The notes under the pieces were generated by a model that made no database searches, was not told the origin of the DNA, and saw nothing but the letters and a program-made list of their open reading frames with translations. 64,000 bases of DNA, from NCBI GenBank assembly GCA_902596985.1, contig CACJWR010000004.1, positions 2,492-66,491 on the forward strand, in the 5' to 3' direction. Shown in pieces: positions 40,800 through 48,819 of the stretch. Position numbers and translations under genes: made by a program. The number at the start of each line of letters is the position of its first letter. Within the stretch, counting starts at the first letter, position 1. This DNA is from an uncultured Alphaproteobacteria bacterium (GTDB lineage: Bacteria > Pseudomonadota > Alphaproteobacteria > Rhodobacterales > Rhodobacteraceae).

Positions 40800-41195
40800 T
40801 TAGCCCTCTGCTTTAGTCGAGGTGCTAATTTCGTTCTTATAATTCGTCTTCTCAGCTATTCTAGCAGACTTTCCTCTTAGCCCTCTCAAGTAATACAGTT
40901 TAGATCTTCTAACCCGACCTCTTCGCACGACAGTAATTGAGTCAATGTTTGTGGAGTAAAGTGGAAAGACTCTTTCAACTCCTTCCCCAAATGATATTTT
41001 CCTAACAGTAAAAGACGCAGATAATGTAGACCCGCCCTTCCTTGCGATCACAACGCCTTCGTAGTTTTGTATTCTGGTTCGTTCACCCTCGGTTATTTTG
41101 TAGCCTACTCTTATAGTATCGCCAGAAGCAAAATCAGGTATAGTTTTACCAATATTTTCTATGTGTTTATTTTCAATTTTCTCAATGATATGCAT
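40800..41195 (-). CDS. rplS: 50S ribosomal protein L19
   Basis: [23 protein letters not shown] and RRSKLYYLR motifs. Confidence 0.97.
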   Translation of the reverse strand: MHIIEKIENKHIENIGKTIPDFASGDTIRVGYKITEGERTRIQNYEGVVIARKGGSTLSASFTVRKISFGEGVERVFPLYSTNIDSITVVRRGRVRRSKLYYLRGLRGKSARIAEKTNYKNEISTSTKAEG

Positions 41196-41220
41196 TTTTA
41201 GACCATCAAAATTTCTTTAA

Positions 41221-41955
41221 CTATTTTCTTTTAATCTTTTTTTTATTTTTTTCAACGTATTTAATAAATAAATCGGGTCTATTTTTTTTTGTGATTTGTT
41301 CCGATGATGTATTTTTCCACTCCAATATTCTGTGGTGATCACCAGATCGAAGAATTTCTGGTACTTTCATCCCGTTCCAGTCTATTGGTTTCGTGAACTG
41401 TGGCGCTTCAAGCAAATCATCTGTGAAACTTTCTGAAATAATAGATTCCTCATTACCTAAAGTGCCAGGAAGCAATCTCACTAGGGTATCCAATAAAACC
41501 ATAGCTCCCAATTCACCTCCCGTTAAAATGAAATCTCCAATAGATATTTCCTTCATCTGATGTTTGTCAATAACCCTCTGATCGATACCTTCAAACCTGC
41601 CACAAACAATTATTATCTCATTATATTGAGCCATATCTTTCACTAAGTTTTGGTTCAAAGGAATACCCTTTGGGCTCATACAAACTATAAGCTTATTTTT
41701 ACCACTGATTAAACTATTTGCTTTTAGTATGGCTTCATCTAAAACATCAGGCATTAAAATCATTCCCGGCCCACCCGAAATTGGTTTATCATCTACTTTT
41801 TTGTGTCTACCCTTTCCATATTTTTTCAAGTTGATGGTTTCTAGGGACCAAAGCTTGTTTTCTAATGCTCTACCTGTAACTGAGGCTGATAATGGACCAG
41901 GAAAAAGCTCCGGGAAAAGAGTTATAACCTTAGCGCATAGTTGAGTTTTACACAT
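41221..41955 (-). CDS. trmD: tRNA (guanine-37-N1)-methyltransferase
   Basis: ITLFPE, VDDKP..GGPGM, CGRFEGIDQR, SIGDFILTGGE and LLEAPQFT motifs. Confidence 0.96.
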   Translation of the reverse strand: MCKTQLCAKVITLFPELFPGPLSASVTGRALENKLWSLETINLKKYGKGRHKKVDDKPISGGPGMILMPDVLDEAILKANSLISGKNKLIVCMSPKGIPLNQNLVKDMAQYNEIIIVCGRFEGIDQRVIDKHQMKEISIGDFILTGGELGAMVLLDTLVRLLPGTLGNEESIISESFTDDLLEAPQFTKPIDWNGMKVPEILRSGDHHRILEWKNTSSEQITKKNRPDLFIKYVEKNKKKIKRK

Positions 41956-41977
41956 CTTGTTTATATTTTATTCGAGT

Positions 41978-42502
41978 TCAGCTAAGTAAGCCTTTGATTG
42001 GTGTCAATAAAATTTCCCTATTACTTAAGTCTATTTTACCTACATTATCTCTATCAAAAGGGATGTATATTGTTGCATCTTTATCGTCAAGTGAAACTTC
42101 TAATACATCTCCACTACCAAAATTAAAAACATCTTTTACGACACCTTTTTGTATACTTCCATCAATTTTAATCTGAAGTCCTTTTAGGTCTTCATAATAA
42201 AATTCGTTAGCCATTAATTTAGGCAGGAATTTTTTCTCGAGAAATATAAGCTGACCTTTCAAACCTTCTGCAAGTTCTTTGTTTTTAGTTTCAGCCATAG
42301 ATGCAATCCATATCGATTTCTTTGAATTCTTTAAAAATTTGATTTTGGTCTTCAGTAGTGAGTTGCCTAGAAAAAATACCTTAAGGGTTCGTAGAAGTTT
42401 TAAATCTTCAAGATAAACATCCACTTTTATTTGGCCCTGCAAACCGTATGCACCAATTACCTTGCCAACAGTAATAAAATTATTTAGTAGCCCCTTGGTC
42501 AG
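41978..42502 (-). CDS. rimM: Ribosome maturation factor RimM (probable CTG start)
   Basis: The frame extends upstream of the track ORF to include ITVGKVIGAYGLQGQIKV. It also has EFYYEDL, NFGSGDVLEV and IPF motifs. Confidence 0.9.
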   Translation of the reverse strand: MTKGLLNNFITVGKVIGAYGLQGQIKVDVYLEDLKLLRTLKVFFLGNSLLKTKIKFLKNSKKSIWIASMAETKNKELAEGLKGQLIFLEKKFLPKLMANEFYYEDLKGLQIKIDGSIQKGVVKDVFNFGSGDVLEVSLDDKDATIYIPFDRDNVGKIDLSNREILLTPIKGLLS

Positions 42503-42608
42503 ATCCCAATACCAATCTAATTAATGATAACTTTTAAGGCACTAAGAGGGTTTTGTAAAACAAGAGCTCCATCAAAGCCATATTTGTTGGTCCTACCAAA
42601 CCTTTTTG

Positions 42609-42998
42609 TTATTTTGGTTCTTCAGCGGGAGCTTCCTCAGCTTTTGGTTCTTCAGCGGGAGCTTCCTCAGCTTTTGGTTCTTCAGCAGGAGCTTCCTCAG
42701 CTTCTTTTTTAGGTTTTGCCTTTATAGGATTATTTCGTATTTTTTTTGGAAGTATTTCTAAGTTTTCTAATAATCTGCTTATCCTGTCAGTTGTTTGCGC
42801 TCCCTTGGATAGCCAATCCTTTATTCTGTCCAAGTCCAAATTTACCCTATTTTTGTCCTCTTTATTTAGGAGAGGATTATAAGTACCTAACTTTTCTATA
42901 AATCTTCCGTCTCTAGGCATTCTACTGTCAGCAGCAACGACTCGGTAAAAGGGCCTCTTTTTTGAACCGGCCCTAGCTAGCCTTATTTTAATACTCAT
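42609..42998 (-). CDS. rpsP: 30S ribosomal protein S16 with an acidic repeat tail
   Basis: [37 protein letters not shown]. Confidence 0.97.
   Translation of the reverse strand: MSIKIRLARAGSKKRPFYRVVAADSRMPRDGRFIEKLGTYNPLLNKEDKNRVNLDLDRIKDWLSKGAQTTDRISRLLENLEILPKKIRNNPIKAKPKKEAEEAPAEEPKAEEAPAEEPKAEEAPAEEPK
42612..42703. repeat. 30-bp tandem repeat, 3 copies ([10 protein letters not shown]) in the rpsP 3' end
   Basis: TTTTGGTTCTTCAGC(G/A)GGAGCTTCCTCAGC repeated three times with one synonymous mismatch. Confidence 0.95.
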
Positions 42999-43001
42999 AA
43001 A

Positions 43002-43310
43002 TTATTCTCCTATTTCTTTCTTTATTTGCTCGTGTTTTTTCTTTGATTCAGTTGTTATCAGGTTCATGAGATTTACTACGAATTCTTTATCGAGATCACT
43101 ATCTCCGATAAGCTTTTCAAGTGTCTTCACTTGTTCTTGTTCCCTTTCCTCATCATGCGGCTCAATATTGTTTTCAGCTTTTATTAGCCCAATTTTCTTT
43201 GTAACCGAAAATCTTTCTATTAAAGCGTTTATTATTATTGCATCGAGCCTATCGATAGTACTTCTCTCATTTTTTAACAATAAATCAACATTAATTTTGT
43301 TTTTTTTCAT
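43002..43310 (-). CDS. Chorismate mutase (AroQ class)
   Basis: RSTIDRLD, ERF, IGLIKAE and D..RE motifs; between ffh and rpsP. Confidence 0.88.
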   Translation of the reverse strand: MKKNKINVDLLLKNERSTIDRLDAIIINALIERFSVTKKIGLIKAENNIEPHDEEREQEQVKTLEKLIGDSDLDKEFVVNLMNLITTESKKKHEQIKKEIGE

Positions 43311-43314
43311 TTGT

Positions 43315-44769
43315 TTATTTTTTAAAGTTTAATCCGGTTAGGTTTGTTGGAAGTTTCGATCCCAATTGCTTTTGTAGTAATTGTGCATCAGGCAAAGAAG
43401 GTACCATACCATCATTCTTTCCTGACATCTGCTGCATGAAGCTTTTTAACATGCCTTTGCCGCCCATTTTACCCATTCTTTTCATCATATCTGACATTTG
43501 CCTATGCATCTTGATCAACTTATTTAATTCGGGTACCTCTAGCCCTGCGCCAAGTGCTATCCTTCTCTTTCTACTTGCCTGAAGAAGGTTCGGAGCCAAT
43601 CGTTCTTTTTTAGTCATTGATTGAATCAAGGCAATTTGGCGTTTTATAACAGAGTCATCAAGAGATTTATCATCTAAATTTTTCATTATCTTTCCCATTC
43701 CAGGCATCATTCCCATCAAGCTCTGCAGTCCACCCATTTTTTGCATTTGCTCCAACTGGTTTTTTAAATCATTCATATTGAACAACCCTTTTTGGAAACG
43801 GCGCATGGATCGCTCTGCTTTTTCGGCTTCCAGTGTTTCAGAAGCTTTTTCAACTAAGGAAACTATATCACCCATACCTAGTATTCTTCTAGCAATACGA
43901 TCAGGATGAAATTCTTCTAATGCATCAACTTTCTCACCAGTACCTATAAATTTTATCGATTTACCTATCGTTGAAACCATTGAGAGGGCTGCTCCCCCTC
44001 TACCATCGCCATCCATTCTAGTTAAGACAACCCCTGAAATATTTAATCGCTGGTTGAACGCGCTAGCTACATTAACGGCCTCTTGACCGGTCAATCCATC
44101 AGCTATCAGAAGTGTCTCATTAGGATTACTTAAATCTTTAATCTTTTCGATTTCTGTCATTAGCTCATCGTCTATTTGCATTCTGCCCGCAGAATCAAGA
44201 ATAATTACATCATATCCTCCTAAAGATGCTTGCTGCATTGCTCTGGAAGTAATTTGCTCCGGTGACTGATTCTTTACAATTGGCAAGGTATCAATTGAGT
44301 TACTTTTACCCAATATTTCAAGCTGTTCCATGGCTGCTGGGCGTCTTGTGTCTAAACTAGCTAATAAAACTTTTTTCTTTTCTTTATTTTGTAACCTTAA
44401 AGCTAATTTCGCTGAGGTTGTAGTTTTTCCCGAGCCTTGTAACCCTACCATTAAAATTGTTGCGGGTGGATTATCAATTTTAAGAGCATTTGATGTTTCG
44501 CTGTGGCCTTCTAATACCTTTATTAATTCATCATGCACTATTTTAATTACTTGTTGACCGGGAGTAACCGATTTAGTTACCGCTTGTCCCCGTGCTTTTT
44601 CTCCTACTGATTTTACAAACCTTTTTGTTATCTCTAATGATACATCGGCTTCCAATAAAGCTATCCTGACTTCTCGCAAAGCAGTTGATATCTCATCCTC
44701 TCTAAGCACCCCCTGCTTAGTTAGCTTTTCTAGGGCGTTAGAGAAACCTTGTGATAGCGTTTCAAACAT
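43315..44769 (-). CDS. ffh: Signal recognition particle protein
   Basis: LLEADV, GLQGSGKTT, DSAGR, DGDGRGGAALS and RILGMGD motifs, plus a Met-rich M domain. Confidence 0.97.
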   Translation of the reverse strand: MFETLSQGFSNALEKLTKQGVLREDEISTALREVRIALLEADVSLEITKRFVKSVGEKARGQAVTKSVTPGQQVIKIVHDELIKVLEGHSETSNALKIDNPPATILMVGLQGSGKTTTSAKLALRLQNKEKKKVLLASLDTRRPAAMEQLEILGKSNSIDTLPIVKNQSPEQITSRAMQQASLGGYDVIILDSAGRMQIDDELMTEIEKIKDLSNPNETLLIADGLTGQEAVNVASAFNQRLNISGVVLTRMDGDGRGGAALSMVSTIGKSIKFIGTGEKVDALEEFHPDRIARRILGMGDIVSLVEKASETLEAEKAERSMRRFQKGLFNMNDLKNQLEQMQKMGGLQSLMGMMPGMGKIMKNLDDKSLDDSVIKRQIALIQSMTKKERLAPNLLQASRKRRIALGAGLEVPELNKLIKMHRQMSDMMKRMGKMGGKGMLKSFMQQMSGKNDGMVPSLPDAQLLQKQLGSKLPTNLTGLNFKK

Positions 44770-44845
44770 TGGTACCTACTTATTGGTTGATAAAGTAATT
44801 AACAGAAATTAGCGTTTCGATACAATAAAATAAATGTTAATAAAA

Positions 44846-44884
44846 GAAAACCCCCTGTTTGCCAGCAAAATGTAATTGGCTGGC
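44846..44884 (-). promoter_or_regulatory. GC-rich hairpin upstream of ffh, possible ffh leader RNA element
   Basis: GCCAGC-N12-GCTGGC stem (44861-44884) followed on the minus strand by AAACAGGGGGTTTT, within otherwise very AT-rich intergenic DNA. Confidence 0.35.
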
Positions 44885-44904
44885 TTCGCTTCATTAGGAC
44901 GAAT

Positions 44905-45807
44905 ATGACTAAAACCATACTAACATTTTACAAGTTTTTGCATCTAAAGAACCCGCAGAAAGAAAAAGCAAAACTAGCAGCGTTCCTCGAAGATACTTCA
45001 ACGGTAGGTACGATAATACTTAGTAACGAGGGTATTAATGGGATGTGTTCTTTAGACCAAGATAAGACAGAAAAGGTGAAAAGCTTTCTCAAAAAAAATT
45101 TTACATTAACAAGTTCTGATTTTAAAGAGAATCTTGTGAGCTCTAATGTTTTCAAGAAATTGAGTGTTAAAGTAAAAAAGGAAATTGTCACGTTGGGGGT
45201 TCCTGAAATTGACCCTACAGCGATTGTAGGAACCTACATCGAGCCAGAAGAGTGGGATTCTTTTATTTCCAAAAAAGAGGTTATTACTATCGACACTAGA
45301 AATGACTTTGAAGTCGAATTAGGTACATTTGAGGGAAGCGTAAATCCTCAGACAGTCAGTTTTCATGAGTTTGTAGAGTGGTGGAAAGATAAAGGTAAAG
45401 CTCTTAAGAATAAAAAAATTGCGATGTTTTGTACTGGTGGAATAAGGTGCGAAAAGGCAACTAGTTTACTAAAGACTGAGGGATTAGAAGAGGTATATCA
45501 TTTGAAGGGTGGTATATTAAACTATTTCGATAAAGTCGGAAATTTGGAGACGTCAACATGGAAAGGAGATTGCTTTGTTTTTGACCAACGGGTAACAGTT
45601 AATAGCCATCTTGAACCAGGTGACTTTGAGTTATGTCACGCATGCAGAAGTCCTTTGAGATTGACTGACAAGAACCACGAGCATTATGAGAAAGGGATTT
45701 CTTGCCAAAAGTGTTTTGGTACTAAAACAGATAAAAAACTTTTATCTCTAAAGGAACGAAAAAAGCAAATTGATCTACTGAAAGATAGAAGAAGTAAAAA
45801 TGAATGA
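44905..45807 (+). CDS. trhO: Rhodanese-related tRNA uridine(34) hydroxylase (TrhO/YceA)
   Basis: FYKF, EGING, KKEIVT, IDTRN, FCTGGIRCEKA, HLKGGIL and CFVFDQR motifs. Confidence 0.9.
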   Translation: MTKTILTFYKFLHLKNPQKEKAKLAAFLEDTSTVGTIILSNEGINGMCSLDQDKTEKVKSFLKKNFTLTSSDFKENLVSSNVFKKLSVKVKKEIVTLGVPEIDPTAIVGTYIEPEEWDSFISKKEVITIDTRNDFEVELGTFEGSVNPQTVSFHEFVEWWKDKGKALKNKKIAMFCTGGIRCEKATSLLKTEGLEEVYHLKGGILNYFDKVGNLETSTWKGDCFVFDQRVTVNSHLEPGDFELCHACRSPLRLTDKNHEHYEKGISCQKCFGTKTDKKLLSLKERKKQIDLLKDRRSKNE

Positions 45808-46915
45808 CGAGCAATCTCTTCTTAATATTTATAACGAGATGATCTCAAGCGATGAAATTGAAAAAAACAAATCGCAAGAAAAACTTGTATCTTTTCTTGA
45901 AGCTTTAAAAAAGAAATTGGAAAAGAGTGTACAGCTGAAACAGACAAAAACTAGGAAAATGTTTTCAAAGTTTTTTTCGAAAAAGTCCTCTGAGGAAAAA
46001 ATGGGAGTTTATATTTATGGAGGTGTTGGTATAGGAAAATCAATGCTAATGGATCTTTTTTTCAATCTATTGGATATAAAGGGAAAGAAAAGAATACATT
46101 TTCATGAATTTATGAAGCAACTGCACCAACTCATAAAAATTGCAAGAGAAAACAATATAAGAGATCCAATAAAATCGGTAGCTTCAGAGTACATAAAAGA
46201 CATTCAAGTGCTTTGTTTAGATGAAATGCAGATAACTGATGTAGCAGATGCAATGATAGTAGGAAGGGTTTTCGAGGAATTCCTAGGAAAGAAATTAAAC
46301 ATTGTAACAACATCAAACAGACATCCTAATGATCTATATAAAGATGGTCTAAATAGAAAGTTGTTTTTGCCCTTTATTGATATCATAGCGTCAAGTTTGA
46401 ATGTAGTGAAATTGTCGGCAGATGTTGACTACAGAAAGATAAAAATTGCCGGAAAGAAGAAATATTTTTTAAGTACGTCTTCTCAAGATAACAGCCAATT
46501 TAATGACCTCATATCCCAATTTAATCTTTATGGAAGTGCAGGAATAACGATACAAATGAACAGCCGTGAATTCAGAATAGAAAGGTTCGAGAGTGGTGTG
46601 GGCTTATTGAGATTCAACGAAATCTGTTCGATTCCTCTCAGTGCTTCAGATTATTTAGAAATAGTCAGCCACCTCAGATTATTGTTTTTGGATGAAATTC
46701 CAGATTTGTCGAATGGTGGAGATGATAGCGCTAAAAGATTTATTAATCTGATCGACAGTGTTTATGATAAAGAAGTTGAGATCCTTTGTAGAGCTGGGGT
46801 GCCTCCAGAAAAATTATATAATAGTGGAAACAATACCTTTGAATTTCAAAGGACTGTTTCAAGGCTTTTTGAAATGCAATCTAACAATTGGCCCAATAGA
46901 GAGAAAACTTGTTAA
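45800..46915 (+). CDS. zapE: Cell division ATPase ZapE (AFG1 family)
   Basis: YGGVGIGKS, RIHFHEFM, LDEMQITDVADAM, TSNRHP, RFINLID and FQRTVSRL motifs. Confidence 0.92.
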   Translation: MNDEQSLLNIYNEMISSDEIEKNKSQEKLVSFLEALKKKLEKSVQLKQTKTRKMFSKFFSKKSSEEKMGVYIYGGVGIGKSMLMDLFFNLLDIKGKKRIHFHEFMKQLHQLIKIARENNIRDPIKSVASEYIKDIQVLCLDEMQITDVADAMIVGRVFEEFLGKKLNIVTTSNRHPNDLYKDGLNRKLFLPFIDIIASSLNVVKLSADVDYRKIKIAGKKKYFLSTSSQDNSQFNDLISQFNLYGSAGITIQMNSREFRIERFESGVGLLRFNEICSIPLSASDYLEIVSHLRLLFLDEIPDLSNGGDDSAKRFINLIDSVYDKEVEILCRAGVPPEKLYNSGNNTFEFQRTVSRLFEMQSNNWPNREKTC

Positions 46916-48819
46916 AGCGAAAAGGTTATCGATCCATTATACGGAAGCACTGATACTAACTTTACGCGAACTTCATCTCCAGTAGATAACCCCTTTTCTC
47001 TCGCTTTACTTTTTCTATACTTAAATGAAGATCTTTTTTTTTCGTTCTTGGAATCTAAATATTTTTTTAATAATACACCCTCAATTGGGAATTTTTTCAG
47101 CTTTATAAAAATACAGGATCTGGAAGAACCTGAAACTATACCATCGAAGTAATCATCGATGTGCTTAGACATAAATAGGGCTGAATAGCGATCTAAACTC
47201 TCTCGCTCGGCGCCAACCGATTTTTTTTCAGATTCGTTAATGATTTTGCAAATTGCCTTATGATCCTCCATAAAATTGTACTCATCCATCTCCCATTTTA
47301 GAGCGAAAGCCAACGAGCGATGTACGGTAAGATCTGCATATCTTCTTATTGGAGATGTGAAATGGCAATATAACGGCAGGTTAAGTCCAAAATGTCCAGC
47401 ATTTACATCTGAGTATTTTGCTTTTGGTAATATCCGCAATATGAAGTTGCTTAACAACTCTTTTTTTTCTGGATACTTGCAGTGTTTTAATAGCTCATTG
47501 AATGAATTCGAAGTAACATGTTTTCCTCTAATTGTTGCTAAATTATTTAAACTCATAAAAATGTTTAAATCTTTTAAAGCATATTTATCCGGCATTTCAT
47601 GGTATCGAGAAAGGTATTTTGTAATAGATTGACTAAGGGTTTGTGACACGCAGAGATTTGCAAGTATCATAGTCATTTCAATAAGTTCGTTACTTCTAAG
47701 ACTGTTCTTTTCAAAAACGTTTGTAGGGTAACCCTCTGAAGACAAAGAAATCTTTTTCTCAGCCAAATTTAAATTTAAGCGATTTTTTAAATGTGGCGAT
47801 TGCCTTAGAATATTTAATGCTCTCTTATATACGCTATATTTTTTTTTTGTTTTGCAATCTGATAAAAAGGATTCAAAGTTTTTATAAGAGTAATTTTTTT
47901 CAACAGTAATGATGCCTCTGATAAATTCATGCTTTATCTTGTAACCTCCATGATCTAAGCGCATTTTAACTACTACTGCTTTCTTAGGTAAGTTTTCCTT
48001 TAACGAACAGAGCTTATTGCTCAAATCTTCTGGGAGCATAGGGATAACTTTGTCAGGAAAATATGTTGAGTTCCCTCTCTTTAAGGCCTCTCTATCAATA
48101 GTAGAATTCGTTTTGACAAAATATGACACATCTGCAATGCCAACGAATAAAACTATGCCTCCTGGATTAGTCTTTGAATTATCTGTCTCTATATAGAGAG
48201 CATCATCTAAATCCTTCGCATCGTCTGGGTCTATGGTAATAAAGGGTTTGCCTATTTGATTTTCATTTTTTGAAATTTCATAATTTTTAAATATTTTATT
48301 TGCTTCATCTAGTACCTTTCTAGGAAAAAACTGTCTCAGGTTCCATTCGATCGCAGCTATTTTTGAAAAGCTACTTGGACAATTGATAGAGCCAAATATA
48401 TGAAAATCGTGTATTTTAATGTTCTTAGGATATTTTGAAGGGGTCCCTATTGCAAAATATCCAAATTTTTGGTCAAAATTTGCTCCCATTTTTAATGGAA
48501 GTACACTAAGTGGTTTATCCCCTTTATTTGATAATGAAGCTAATTTAGCGCCCGTTTGATCGTGGAGATACGCAGCGAATATATAGTTCTTTGGATATTG
48601 TATTTTCTTTAAAATCGATACCTCAGGGCTTTGTGCTTTGAGAAACTCAATCGAAGTAACTACAAGGTCACCAATGTTTAGGTTTTTTTTCTCTGAAGCG
48701 CTGCAAAAAAAATCGATTGGTGAACCGCCATTCGAACCACTGAGCGTAAATATTTCGTCATGGCTTATACTTGTAATTGCAAGGATCTTTTTCGAGTTAT
48801 GTTCTAAAGGCTGTATAAT
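46912..48819 (-). CDS. rnr: Ribonuclease R (RNB family), probable ATT start
   Basis: TIDPDDAKDLDDA, IADVSYFV, GHFGL and HFTSPIRRYADL motifs, plus an S1 tail. The frame stays open 110 codons upstream of the first ATG (48489), up to the topA stop. Confidence 0.88.
   Translation of the reverse strand: MIQPLEHNSKKILAITSISHDEIFTLSGSNGGSPIDFFCSASEKKNLNIGDLVVTSIEFLKAQSPEVSILKKIQYPKNYIFAAYLHDQTGAKLASLSNKGDKPLSVLPLKMGANFDQKFGYFAIGTPSKYPKNIKIHDFHIFGSINCPSSFSKIAAIEWNLRQFFPRKVLDEANKIFKNYEISKNENQIGKPFITIDPDDAKDLDDALYIETDNSKTNPGGIVLFVGIADVSYFVKTNSTIDREALKRGNSTYFPDKVIPMLPEDLSNKLCSLKENLPKKAVVVKMRLDHGGYKIKHEFIRGIITVEKNYSYKNFESFLSDCKTKKKYSVYKRALNILRQSPHLKNRLNLNLAEKKISLSSEGYPTNVFEKNSLRSNELIEMTMILANLCVSQTLSQSITKYLSRYHEMPDKYALKDLNIFMSLNNLATIRGKHVTSNSFNELLKHCKYPEKKELLSNFILRILPKAKYSDVNAGHFGLNLPLYCHFTSPIRRYADLTVHRSLAFALKWEMDEYNFMEDHKAICKIINESEKKSVGAERESLDRYSALFMSKHIDDYFDGIVSGSSRSCIFIKLKKFPIEGVLLKKYLDSKNEKKRSSFKYRKSKAREKGLSTGDEVRVKLVSVLPYNGSITFSL

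Noticed and set aside
42534..42581. 15-aa ORF (MALMELLFYKTLLVP) with an AGGA site between rpsP and rimM
   Set aside because: It is too short, has no recognisable homology and cannot be distinguished from chance.
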